From NCBI RefSeq assembly GCF_020745735.1, contig NC_083405.1, positions 62,586,345 to 62,650,344 on the forward strand: a stretch of DNA of 64,000 nucleotides. The letters are read 5' to 3'. The stretch's first letter is position 1; each line of letters opens with the position of its first letter. The position numbers were made by a program, and so were the translations under genes. The notes beneath the pieces are model-generated. The model was not told where the DNA came from and did not search any database. It saw only the letters and a list, made by a program, of their open reading frames with translations. This DNA is from Hemiscyllium ocellatum (lineage: Eukaryota). Of this stretch, positions 1 to 11,795 are shown in pieces.

Positions 1-160
1 AACACCACATATGGAACAGATATTGAACTACAGAAGCAATCATCCCAACACCCACAAAGGGAACTGCGTTAAAACATTAGTTTAACGAGCCACCACTTCC
101 TGCAGCGCAGAGGAACTATGAAGAGCAGAGGAAAATCACTAATGCATCTAAAAGACAACA
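1..160 (+). mobile_element. Penelope-like element RT C-terminal fragment (decayed)
   Basis: Translates as THMEQILNYRSNHPNTHKGNCVKTLV*RATTSCS, matching the PLE RT thumb motif THTDQYLxxxSxHPxxHKxxxxxxLxxRA. Confidence 0.75.
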
Positions 161-279
161 CCACTGAACACTGCGGCATTCCTTCACTACTGCAAAGGTG
201 ATAGCCTAGATTTTGGGCGCAGATTTCTGAAGTAAAACTTGAATCCACAATCCTCTGATCCAGAGATATGATAACTATG

Positions 280-492
280 AAAAAACTGAAAGAACTGCAG
301 ACGCTGCCAACCAGAAACAAAAACAGAAGTAGCAGGAAAAGGAAAGCAGGTTTGGAAGCATCTGAGAAGAGAAATCAAAGTTAATGTTTCAGGGTCGGAG
401 ACCCGTCCTCAGATGATCTGAAAAGTCAACTTTGTTTTCTCTTCACAGGTGCTGCCAGACTTGCTGAGCTTTGCCAGCAACTTCTGTTTTTG
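280..492. mobile_element. Palindromic PLE-derived non-autonomous repeat (family B) with hammerhead remnant
   Basis: Imperfect inverted arms (AAAAACAGAAGTAGC...GCAACTTCTGTTTTT); - strand reads CTGAGGA-C-GGGTC-TCC-GACCC-T-GAAA-CATT. Confidence 0.75.
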
Positions 493-784
493 TATAAGGT
501 AACTATGGCTGGGCTACAACCTACACCTGTTCGATTATCATAACGAGTAGTTCGACAACAAAAAGTTAGTAAGAAGATATCAAAAGAAATACTGAAAATA
601 TATTATTAGCTAACACTAATTCTTTTATCATAAAAATATACCTTTAATTATTATCCTTTACTGTGTCATAGATATGAAGTTTCCAGGCCAGGATTTTAAA
701 AATAAACTTTAAGTGTTCTCCTCAACCAATCCAAATAAGATGAGGAATAACCAATACAATATGCAAACAGTTTATATTTTAAAA

Positions 785-1114
785 TTTGCTCATGGGATGT
801 GGGTGTCACTGGAGAAACTAGCATTTACTGTCCATCATAATTGTTCATAGGCAAATGCTGTAGGCTTGGGAACACATGCAGGTCAAACTCAGTACAGATG
901 ACAAATTTCCTTTTCTAAATGGTATGAGTGAATCAGAGGCTTTTTACAACAATCAACAATTGTTTCCATTAGACTGGCTTTTTTTTTCAGATTTTCATCA
1001 AATTCAAGTTTCACTATCTACCATGGTGGGATTTGAACCGCTGTCACCAGGACATTCGTCTGGGGTTCTGGATTACTGGTCCAGTGGCATGGCCACAATG
1101 TCCCCATGTTCCTC
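785..1114 (-). mobile_element. tRNA-derived SINE sharing both head/body and 3' tail with the LINE at 30633-33780
   Basis: - strand B box GGTTCAAATCC; body resembles 30795-30870; tail AGTAAATGCTAG...CACCCACATCCCATGA resembles 33720-33765. Confidence 0.75.
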
Positions 1115-2094
1115 AATATGATGCCAACTTTAATTATTGCCACTGAAACCAGAACAGATTTGACGGAAATTCAAGAAACGTATCAATGAAATTAATTTTG
1201 AAAAATGTTCAAAAAGAAAAAAATAAATCTCACATATGCAGCACTGAAGAGTTTTTGTTGTTCATATATTTGCAGTAAAATTTGTAATCATTGAGAAATA
1301 CAGCTTTTTCTTGTGGGTTTTTGTAAGCAGAATGGAATATATGAGAAGGTATTCATTGCAGTAATCCACGTTTTTTTTAAAATGGTATCTGAACTTTGGC
1401 AATTTCTAAGCTACCCAAACAAGCGTCATAGATCCACCACATCATTACCATAGCATTCACTTTCAGCACACTTGCGTGAGAGGAACTCCTCAATTACTTA
1501 ACCAGCCCTCCCACAGTCTTGAACCTTAACAAATGCTTTGGAATGCATCAAGACTTCACACGAAAGACCAGAAACACTCCTGTGCCAAAAACTTTAAGCG
1601 TTAACCCAATCACTTCTAGAATTATTCTCTATATTGTCCAGTTGCTTGGCTGATTTTTAAATAAAAAGATTGTGAATCTTCCTCCTTCGCCAAACTTCTA
1701 CCTCCAATGAAACTAAAATGGCAAATCTCATGAAAATATAAAACTAAACTGAAAGCAGTTGAGTCTGTGTACTATCCATAATGTGAATCATACAGAAACT
1801 ATTTAGCTTTTAACTTAACATAATATCAAAGTCATTTTAGCTCAGTCTCCATTGCCGATCAACTGTTTGTGTTCTGAAATAAAAATGAGAAAAGCAACTT
1901 GTTAATTTAAATACATTCTGAAAGTGGTCCCTTTTTCAATATAATGAATTGTGGTTATGTAAATCTAACCAACTGTTTTGCTGTTCATTTTTTAAAGAAC
2001 AAATGAAAATATACATAACGAGCAATTTCCTTCACCTCCCCCACAAATTAATAGTCTTTTTTAAAATAGAAAGTGAAAGGTTAAAGTACTAAAT

Positions 2095-3070
2095 GGAGTC
2101 ATACAGCATGAAAACAGACCCTTTGGTCCAACCAGTCCATGCCTAACATAATCCCAAACTAAATTAATCCCTCTTGCCAGCACTTGGCCCACATCCCTCC
2201 AAACACTTCTTATTCATGTACTTATTGAAATATCTTTTAAACATTGTAACTGTACCCAGATGCATCACTTGCTTTGGAAGTTCATTCCACACACAAACCA
2301 CTGTGTAAAAAAGTTGCCCCTCATATCCTTTTTAAATCCTTTTCCTCTCACCTTGAAAATATGCCCCCTAGTCTTAAAATTCCCCACCATAGGGAAAAGA
2401 CACCTGCCATTCACCTTATCTGTACCAGTCATTATTTTATAAACTCTATAAGGTCACTTCTTAACCTCCTATGTTCCAATGAAAAAGTTTCCAGCCTATC
2501 TAGCCTCTCTTTATAAGTAAAACCCTTCAGTCCTGGCAACATCCTGGTAAATCTCTTCTGAACCCTCTACAGCTTAAAAATATCTTTCCTATAATAGGAG
2601 CACTACAACTGGACACAGTATTCCAAAACAGGCCTCACCAACATCCTGTACAACCTTAACATAACATCCCAATTCCTATACTCAGAAGTCTGAGCACTGA
2701 GGGTAAGCATGGTAAACACCTTCTTAACGACCCTGTCTACATGTGATGCAAACTTCAAAAAATTATGTACCAGAACCCCTGCGTCTCTCTCTCCCCAAGG
2801 CCTTCCTTTTAATTGTATAAGTCTTGACTTTGGAGAAAGTGAGGACTGCAGATGCTGGAGACCAGAGTCAGAGTCAGAGTGTGATGCTGAACAAGCAGAG
2901 CCAGTAAGGCAGCATCCGAGAAACAGGAGAATTAACATTGAGCATACTGATGAAGGACTTATGCTCGAAGTGTTAATTCTCCTGCTTCTCGGATGCTGCC
3001 TGACTGGCTGTGCTTTTTCAGCACCACACAGTTTTACTAAGTCTTGACTTTGCTTTACCGAAATGAAAAG
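2095..3070 (-). mobile_element. CR1 LINE 3' fragment, interrupted by a PLE-derived palindrome
   Basis: RMLVRPVLEYCVQL motif in ORF 2603..3076; typical CR1 3' end ...GGTCTGTTTTCATGCTGTATGACTC. Confidence 0.9.
2833..3037. mobile_element. Palindromic PLE-derived insert (family A) with degenerate hammerhead
   Basis: 15-bp TSD TAAGTCTTGACTTTG (2818-2832, 3038-3052); inverted arms; CTGATGA-AGGACTTATGCTC-GAAG at 2947-2970. Confidence 0.85.
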
Positions 3071-3479
3071 CAACAAAACTTCATCTTCATTGTTAACTTA
3101 TATAGCCATCCATTTGTTGATATTTCTTAGATGTTTCCTGCAAACAGCAAGAACACCCGATCACTATTCATAAAGACTGTTGAGCTTCATAGATCTGTGC
3201 TGATACTTTAAATCAGCAATTAGAGTAACTATCATTGCACCACAAAACAATAAAACTAATTTTAAAAAAGCTATTTTCAGAATACACCACTTGTTTCTGC
3301 CTATGCAATAGGTTCTGTAAAGGTTCTTGATAATGGCAAGTTAGCAAATGTCACTACACTATTTAAGAAGGGAGGAAGAGGGACAACGTAGAACCGCAGA
3401 TCAATTAAGCTTGACATCTACCTTTTTTTAAAAAGTCATTCGCGGGACATGGGCATCCAACATAAATCCACTTATGGTA

Positions 3480-4795
3480 ATATATTGTAGCATTTTAGGT
3501 TTTGTCTTCAGCACAGATATATCCAAAACACCTCTTTTTTCATTTCCTTTGGTGCTATTTGAATTTGGCCCACTGTGCGGCCTAAGTAAGTCATTTTTGC
3601 TTCACCAAATTTACTCGTAACCATTTTCATGACCATGTTGATTCTGTGTATCTTATCAGACAGTTCATTCAAGCAGTGTAAACATTCTTCCTAGGTTTGG
3701 CTGAACATAACCTAGTCGTGATATAAAGGTGAGTTACTTAGACCAATGACTTTGTTGTTGAATTGTTAGAATGTTGCTGGTGCAGGTTTTATTCCAAAAG
3801 GTACGATTTTACATTAATTTGCTGGTAAAAAAGCTGATATTTCTTTGATTCTGTCACTCAATGCAAATTGCTCATATCCTTTTAGCAAATCGATATTGGC
3901 AACGAATTATGCATGTCCAATTCTTTCAATACAGTTCTCTAGTCTAGCAACAGAATAACATTCAGCTCTTGTTATCACTATGACTTATGATAATCATAAC
4001 AAAAACCTTGTGATCTATCTGGTTCATCATCATAATGGGTGAGCTCTAGGTACTCAGTTTAATAATGTGATTGCCCGTCATGAAATTTACCTCTTCGTTC
4101 ACCTGAGGTAACTTCTCTGGACTGAGCCTGTAAGGATGTTGTTTCATGGGTGACATCGCCCCATATTAATATCAAAAAATGTTTTCATGGCTTATTCAGA
4201 TATATTAACTTATGAGTCTAATAGCCTCTGTAGTCACTTTGATAGGATTCTATCTTCCAGAAAAATATTGCATCTAAATGTTTAAGTATCTCCATACTAT
4301 CCGATCTTGTTACTAGAGAGTCAACTCACAACTGATCATTTCTGATTCATTCGGCAATTGCTTTCATAATTTTATTTTACATCCTATTTTTTTCACTACC
4401 TAACAATCCGCCTTGTCATAATATCTCTTTAACATATTAACATGACAAACCCATTGATTTTTCTTCTTGTCTGGAGTATTCACGACATAGCTGCCATTAC
4501 GAAGTTTCTTTTTTGCTGACTGAACATTGCTGCTAATGGTTGCCCAGAAACAGATAATAACACTAACATCTCACAATCAGCAAAACAAAACTTAGCTTTG
4601 GTTTTTATCTGCTCTATTTTCATTGATTGTTAAATACATTATATCTGCTAATTCACATGCTTTGATTAATTTTTCTCAAACTTGAAACACAGACTTGAAG
4701 GGTTACCACTGAGCTTTAGTTTATGAAATTTCTCTTTAATCCATTTAAGGATCCTCCTACCCTAATGTCCATGCATAAGTTCAAAAGGACTGAGT
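3480..4795 (-). mobile_element. Decayed Gypsy LTR retrotransposon pol, Gmr1-type order (integrase upstream of RT)
   Basis: - strand: SPFELMHGH...YVVNTPDKKKNQWVCHVNMLKRYY (integrase C-terminus), then KQHPYRLSPEK, IDLLKGY, PFGIKPAPATF, TYLG (RT); many stops and frameshifts. Confidence 0.8.
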
Positions 4796-5329
4796 CCTTG
4801 CCTCTCATTGTAACATTGCTTGTCCAACAATCATTCAGTTGGGCAGAAATTTACTCCAATTATGTATTGGGAAGAGCCAAAATCCATGCCGCAAACAATT
4901 TCCTATCTGATAATTTCATCCTCCTCGTTGATTTAACTGTCTTACTAATAAGGTTGATTGCATATCCTCAATCTGATAAACAATTGAAGGCTGCCAAATA
5001 GTTTTTACAGGCAGGCAAATGACCTTTAAAGAAGCACTTTCAAATTGAAAATGTTTCCAGTTTCTATTGTAATTAAGGACGTAAAATACATTATACACAC
5101 ATGTACAAATTGGCATGAAACTGAAAAAAATCCATTGTCTATATCACTATAAACAGCAAATTGAAACGGACTTCGAAAATTTCAAAAACTTTTATGAAAA
5201 TTGCAGATTGCAATAATTTTTTTGGCATAGATTATGCAATTTAAAAGTCCACCCAATTCTCCTGGTCAAGTAAACAGCATTGCTCACTGAACTACAGTTC
5301 ATGTGGCATATCACTTGAAGTGCACAGGT

Positions 5330-5830
5330 GGTCATGCACTAGTGCACAAGTCAAAATGCTAGTATGCAGATACAGCAAGCACTTAAGCAAGTTAATTAAA
5401 TGTTATTTTTTATTACAACAGGAATTGAAACTGGGTATGGAAGGTTGAATTCTAAATAAAGAGTGGATAAGCTGGGACCTTTTTCATTGGAACACAGAAG
5501 GTTCAGAGGTGACCTCACTGAAATTAATAAAAATAACAAGGGGTACAGATAGAGTTACTGGTAGTTGTCTTTTCCTTAGAATGGGGCATTTCAAAACTAG
5601 GGGGCACATTTAAGGTGAGAGAGATTTTAAAAAGACATGAGGGGCAAATATTTTACAGAGGATGGTTCACGGGGAAATGATGGATGTGAGTATAATTACA
5701 ATGTTTAAAATACATTTGCATAAGTACATGAATAGGAAATCTTGAGGAATATGGCAAGGAGGAGGTAGGTGTGACTAGTTAATTTGGGATTATAGACCAA
5801 AGGGTCTATTTCTGTGCTGTATGACTTTAT
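5330..5830 (+). mobile_element. CR1 LINE 3' fragments
   Basis: RGDL.E motif and CR1 3' terminus GGGTCTATTTCTGTGCTGTATGACT. Confidence 0.75.
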
Positions 5831-5859
5831 AAATCAATTACTATGTCATGCTTCAGTTA

Positions 5860-6421
5860 TGATTTGGAGACGTCAGTGTAAGACTGGGGTGTACAAAGTT
5901 AAAAATCACAACACCAGGTTATAGTCCAACAGGTTTATTTGGAAGTACTTTCATTCGGAGCACTGCTCCTTCATCAGGTGGTTGTGGAGAATAAGGTCGT
6001 AAGACACAGAATTTATAGCAAAAGTTTTCAGTGTGACATAACTGAAATTATATATTGAAAAAGACCTGGATTGTTTGTTAAGTCTCTCATCCTTTAGAAT
6101 GACCATGTTGGTTTCAGCTCTTTCATATGTAAATCGCAAAATATTTTTTATAAGTTACATTGACACAGGGAGCTAACACCTTCAATACATTATCTGGGCC
6201 GACACGACACCAACTGTTAAAGTTCACTTGAGAATGAGACTTAATAAACAATCCAGGTCTTTTTCATGATATAATTTCAGTTACATCACACTGTAAACTT
6301 TTTGTGATAAATTCTGTGTCTTACAATCTTATTGTCCACAACTACCTGCAGCACTCTGAAAGCTAGTGCTTCCAAATAAACCTGTTGGACTATAACCTGG
6401 CGTTGTGTGATTTTTAACTTT
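5860..6421. mobile_element. PLE-derived insert (family C) with ~190-bp inverted arms
   Basis: Arms at about 5897-6086 and 6236-6420; near-perfect 12-bp TSD ATG(C/T)TTCAGTTA; degenerate hammerhead in each arm. Confidence 0.85.
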
Positions 6422-8292
6422 ATGTTTCAGTTACACAGGGACATTAACAAGACCACATTTTGCATACTGTACTCAGTATTCATGTACTTCTCCTTATTTA
6501 AGCAAGAATGCAAATGCATTGAGGTGCTTCAAAGGAGGTTTACTAGATTGATACTTTAATCACTGTTTTAAAAATAGAGGTTTTACCCTCTTAAGACAAA
6601 GGTAAGGAGATTTTTTTTCTCTCAGAGGGTTGTGTAATTTTGGAACTCTGCCTCAGAGAGATGGAATATTTTTCAGATAGAAGATTTTATTCGGCAGGAA
6701 AATCAAAGATTATCAAGACTAGATGGGAACGTGGAATTCAAAAAACAAACAGATATGCCATGATCTTATTGAATAGTAGAGCACGCTTTAGGAGTTGAAA
6801 AAGTTGACTGGGGGCAGATGTTTGTAGGTAAAGAATGGCTGGAAAATTGGAAGCCTTCAAAAATGAGATAACGAGAGTTCAGATACAGTATGCTCCTGTT
6901 GAGTGAAGGGCAACACTGGGGTAGGTCTAGCAAAATACTGGATGACAAGAGAAATTGAGGTGTTGGTTAGGAAAAGGTCAGGCAGACAGCAGAGATCGGG
7001 TGAATTCCTTGAAGACAATTGGAGTATACTTAAGAGAGAAAGAAGGAGGACAAAATGGGGACGTGAGATAGTTTTGACAAATAGGGTTAAGGAGAATCCA
7101 GAGAGCTTCTACAAATACATCAAAGGCAAAAGAGCAATTAGGGAGAGAATAGGGTCCCTTTAAAGATTAACAAGGCAGTCAATGTGTGGAAATTCAGGAA
7201 ATGGGGATATACTAAACACTTATTTTGCATCAGTGGAAAACAATGTGGAAGATATGGAATGTGGGGAAATAATAGCGACATCTTGAAAAAGATATTATAG
7301 ACGAGTTGGCGCTGGACGTCTTAAAATGAATAAATGTGGATAAATCCCTGGACATGATCAGGTGAACCCTAGAACTCTGCAGGAAGCTAGGGAAGATACT
7401 GCTAGGCTCCTTGCTGAAATATATGTATCATCAATAGCCAAGGTGGAGCGCCAGAAGACTAGAAATTGGCTAATATTGGTGTCATTATTTAAGAAAGGTG
7501 GTAAGGAAAACCTAGGGAACTGTAGCCAGAGAACCTGACATCAGTGACGGGCAAGTTGTTGGAGGGAATCCTGAGGGACAGGACTTGCATGCATTTGAAA
7601 AGACAAGGACTGATTAGGGATAGTCAACATGGCTGTGCATGGGAAATCATGTCTCACATATTTGATTGAGTATTTTTGAAGAAGTCACAAAGAGGATTGA
7701 TGAGGGCAGAGCAGAGGATGTGATCTATATGGACTTCAGGGAGGTGTTTGACAAGGTTCCTTATGGGAGTCTAGTTGGCAAGGTTAGATCACATGGAATA
7801 CAGGGAGAACTAGCCATTTGGATACAGAACTGGCTCAAAAGGTAGAAGGTGGTGGGGGGGGGTTACTTTTCAGACTAGAGACCTTGTGGTGTGTCACAAG
7901 GATCGGTGAAAGGTTCACTGCTTTTTATCATTTACATACATGATTTGGATATGAACATAGGAGGTATGGTTACTAAGTATGCAGATGACACCAAAGTTGG
8001 AGGTATGGTGTACAGTAAAAAAAGTTACCTCAGAGTACAATGGGATCTTGATCACATGGGCCAATGGGCCGGGGAGTGGCAGATGAAGGTTTATTTAGAT
8101 AAATGTGAGCTGCTGCATTTTGGAAAGGCAAATCAGGGCAGGACTTATACACTAAATGGTAAGGTCCTGGGGACTCTTGCTGAACAAAGAGTCCTTGTAG
8201 TGTAGGTTCATAGTTTCTTGAAAGTGGATTCCCAGGTAGACAGAACAGTGAAGGAGGTATTTGGTATGCTTGCCTTTATTCGTCAGTGCATT

Positions 8293-8603
8293 GATTAGAT
8301 TAGACTTACAGTGTGGAAACAGACCCTTCGGCCCAACAAGTCCACACCGACCCACCGAAGCGCAACCCACCCATACCCCTACATTTACCCCTTACCTAAC
8401 ACTACGGGCAATTTAGCATGGCCAATTCACCTGACCCGCACATCTTTGGACTGTGGGAGGAAACCGGAGCACCTGGAGGAAACCCATGCAGACACGGGGA
8501 GAACGTGCAAACTCCACACAGTCAGTCGCCTGAGTCGGGAATTGAACCCGGGTCTCTGGCGCTGTGAGGCAGCAGTGCTAATCACTGTGCCACCGTGCTG
8601 CCC
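8293..8603 (-). mobile_element. HE1 SINE (V-SINE), young
   Basis: - strand GGGCAGCACGGTGGCACAGTG head, B box GGTTCAATTCC, V-domain GGGTTTCCTCC..GTGCTCCGGTTTCCTCCCACA, CR1-like tail with (TCTAA)n. Confidence 0.95.
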
Positions 8604-9255
8604 ACTATAGGAGTTGGGATTTCATGTTGTGGCTGAACAGGACATTGGTCAGGTTGCCTTTTCAGTATTGTATGCAGTTCTTGTCTCCCTACTATAGAAA
8701 GGATTTTATGAAACTTGAAGGGTTCAGCAAACATTTATAAGAATGTTGCCAGGGTTGGTGGATTTGAGCTATATGGAGAGGCTAAATAGATTGAGTCTAT
8801 TTTGCCAAGAGGGTCAGAGGCAGACAGTTGACTTTATAGAGGCTTATAAAATGAGGGGCATGGATAGGGTAAATAGACAAGATCGTTTCCTTGGGGTGGG
8901 GGAGTCCAGAACTAAAGGGCATAGAACAAAGAGAAAAACAAAGAACAAAACAGCATGGACACGCCAAGCCTGCAACACCACATTTTGCCCATCCATACTA
9001 AAACTGAGTTCACTTGTAGGATTTATATCTCTCTAGTCCCTTCCTGTTAATGTACTTATTTAAGGTGAGAGAGGAAAGATCTAAAAGTGACCTAAGGGAC
9101 ATTTTCACGCAGAGGGTGGTGTTTGTATGGAATGAGCTGCCAAAGGAAGTGCAGAAGGCTGGTACAATTACAACATATGAAAGGCAGCTCGATGGGTATA
9201 TGAATAGGAGGGGTTTAAAGGGACATGGACCAAATGCTGGTAAATGGGACTAGAT

Positions 9256-9349
9256 CAAGTTAAAAATCTCACAACACCAGGTTATAATCCAACAGGTTTA
9301 TTTGGAAGCACAAGCTTTCGGAATGCTGCTCCTTCATCAGATGGTTGTC
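9256..9349 (-). mobile_element. Short PLE pseudo-LTR insert (family C)
   Basis: TSD CTAGAT (9250-9255, 9350-9355) inside the CR1 3' UTR; homologous to 5897-5985. Confidence 0.85.
9309..9343 (-). ncRNA. Minimal type I hammerhead ribozyme motif
   Basis: CAT-CTGATGA-A-GGAGC-AGC-ATTCC-GAAA-GC-TT-GTG: intact core, stem II, palindromic AGCT stem III, stem I CAT/GTG. Confidence 0.7.
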
Positions 9350-9854
9350 CTAGATTAATTTAGGATATCTGGTCAGCGTGGGTGAGTTGGACCGAAAGAT
9401 TTGTTTCCATGCTGTACAACTCTATGACTACTTCTGCTCCTAATCCGTATGCTCATATTATAGAGCTATAGATGCAAAGTCAATTCAGTTAAATGAAACC
9501 TTTGCACTAAGGCCACTAGATGGAGGTGGTGCACTAATTATCTCACTATGCCTTTCAACAAAGTATTTGTAAATTGCTATACTGTTAAATAGTATATATG
9601 TATACATTATCTCAATCACAATCACAATGCCCTGGATTCGTGGATTGTGCAAGTTTACACCAGGCCCACAGACCTTCCAAGATGCAGAAAAAAAACAGTT
9701 TTGCTGCAATATCTGACGTTTCCTGGGTGAAAGGAATAACTGTACGTGTAGAGTTATAAAAATCTACAGCAGAGAGTAAAGGCCATTTGGCACATGGTTT
9801 TTGACTGGCGCAGACTCAACCAACTAATTATTCTCATGCCATTTTCCAGCACTT

Positions 9855-10500
9855 AGATTTGAGATTTAGATTGAAGTTTAATCATCACACGTACTCCAGT
9901 ACGGGGTACAAGACTACTGTGAAAAGTGTACAATGTGACTACACACGGCGTCATCTTAAGCACAATGCACCTAGGTACAAAATCATACAGAAAAATAAAG
10001 AAATAACTTGCAAACTTCAGCACTACAGTCTTCTTAGTAAAGAAGTGAAAAAAAAGTGAAAGCAGTCCTCTCTTAAGCCATAGGCCAGCAGACACGCCAA
10101 GCTGGGCTTTCCCCCAACAGGACTTACTCTTCCCTGCGCTGGGCTAAGACTTGCCTGTGTTTGCCTGCCACCCTCACCACCGCTGTTCTTGACCTCCACC
10201 GGTCAGGACCACCACCTCAGCATCCTTCATTGCAACTTGGGCTTGTGCTGGGCCCCAGCTGCTATCATGCTCTGTTGCCGCGTTAACAGCCTTGCTGCAG
10301 ATCCTGCTCCAGTACCACTCTAGATAGCAATTAAATCATGGTGCTGTTGACCTTCAATGTCCATCATCCGCCACTGTCACTACCTCCATGACCAAAGAAC
10401 CAAAATAAAGACAGAGAAAAGCAACGAAAGATGAAAAACATAGAAAAGCAATCGGAATGACAAGTTCTGGTGAGGAGCCCTAGTCCGCCACCATTTTGGC
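9855..10500 (-). mobile_element. Non-autonomous element with Rex1-like 3' tail
   Basis: - strand tail CTTTTCACAGT...GTACGTGTGATGATTAAA+(AATCT)-like repeats resembles the Rex1 tail at 48250-48290; starts with CAAAATGGTGGCG. Confidence 0.5.
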
Positions 10501-10742
10501 CTATTGCTTTGTGTGCCTTGGCATAGCACATCTAAATACCTAAATGTTATGTGAATTTCTGCCTCTACCATTCTCACAGGCAGTGAGTTTCATATTCCTA
10601 CCACCCTCTGGATGAAAAAGCTTTTCCTCACATCTCCTTTAAACTTTCTGCTCCTTCCCTTAAATCCATGGTCCGTGATTGATTCCTCCATCAAGGGGAG
10701 GAGTTTCGTCCTCTCTACCCTATCTATGCCCCTCATAATTTT
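10500..10742 (-). mobile_element. CR1 3' fragment
   Basis: KIMRGIDRV...FFIQRVVG motif (ORF 10590..10778). Confidence 0.8.
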
Positions 10743-11212
10743 GATTTGGAGATACCAGTGTTGGACAGGAGTGTACAATGTTAAAAATCACACAACACCA
10801 GGTTATCGTCAAACAGGTTATTTGGAAGTACTAGCTTTCGGAACGCTGCTCCTTCATCAGGTGTTTGTGGAGTATAAGATCGTAAGACAGAGAATTTATA
10901 GCACAAGTTTACAGTGTGATGTAACTCAAATTATACATTGAAAAAGACCTGGATTGTTTGTTACGTCTCTCATCTTTGAGAATGATCATGTTGGTTTTTT
11001 CACATGTAAATCCCAGAACTTTTTCTTTAAAAAGTTACATTCTCAAATGAACTTTAACAATATGTGCCATGTCAGCTCAGATAATGCATTGAATGTGTGA
11101 GGTGCTCTGTGTTCCAAAACTGCATGAGTCCATGGAAAATTCTGTAAATCCCTTTTTTTAAGAAATAGAATCAGTCTGAACACTGGACACAGGCAGCCTC
11201 ACACAGGGCACC
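10743..11212 (-). mobile_element. PLE 3' end / pseudo-LTR (family C)
   Basis: Homologous to 5860-6200; contains hammerhead at 10829-10863. Confidence 0.8.
10829..10863 (-). ncRNA. Minimal type I hammerhead ribozyme motif
   Basis: CAC-CTGATGA-A-GGAGC-AGC-GTTCC-GAAA-GC-TA-GTA: intact core, 5-bp stem II, CUA cleavage triplet. Confidence 0.7.
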
Positions 11213-11244
11213 AATTGTATCATGTTCCTGATAGGTTGGAGAGA

Positions 11245-11795
11245 TTCATTAACAAAAGGCACTCCATTCTATCAATGTTTGGATGGGATTAGACCACCTG
11301 ATGATATTATGAATGTTCAATTTCCAGACAATGTCACCATGTTTAATTTGGAGGAATCTTGCCTGACTCAGCTTTTCCATCCTGTTGGCCATGCACATGA
11401 CTGCCTGTACAGCAACAAAGCTTTTAATGACGTGGTTAAAAATCACACAACACCAGGTTATAGTCCAACAGGCTTATTTGGAAGCACTAGCTTTTGAAGC
11501 ACTGCTCATTCATCCTTTAAATGACATGGCTCTTCACTCCCCTGAGAAACATACAGAATGAGGCCCAGCAGCATTATCATGGGAGTTATATTCAAATGTG
11601 GAAGATCACTGAAAATTCAGTTATTAAAGATAAATTTCCAGGTGCTTGACAGATTAAGTGACATATTATAATATTCAACTGCCAAAGTGGTCAGGATATT
11701 GTTTATCTACTCACCTTGCACAATTTTGGGCACTCAGAAGAGATAGATGCCAAGGAAGGACCCATGTCATCAGAACAGGAGGATGAAGAGGAAGG
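11245..11795 (+). pseudogene. Harbinger/PIF (HARBI1-like) DDE transposase relic, split by a PLE pseudo-LTR at ~11435-11514
   Basis: Frameshifted motifs FINK.G.HSINV, QFP, FNLEESCLTQLF, MTWLFTPLRN..NEAQQHY, FRCLD-like, L*YSTAKVVRI, LHNF, then an acidic tail. Confidence 0.75.

Larger units (their letters stand above)
6795..9430 (+). mobile_element. CR1 LINE ORF2 (RT) through 3' end, pseudogenised, with nested inserts
   Basis: QGSVKGSLLFIIYIHDLD...KYADDTK (ORF 7891..8205); FTQRVV..WNELP; CR1 3' tail; multiple stops. Confidence 0.95.

Noticed and set aside
8311-8610. ORF MWKQTLRPNK..., repeated at 43699-43956
   Set aside because: Antisense translation of HE1 SINEs.
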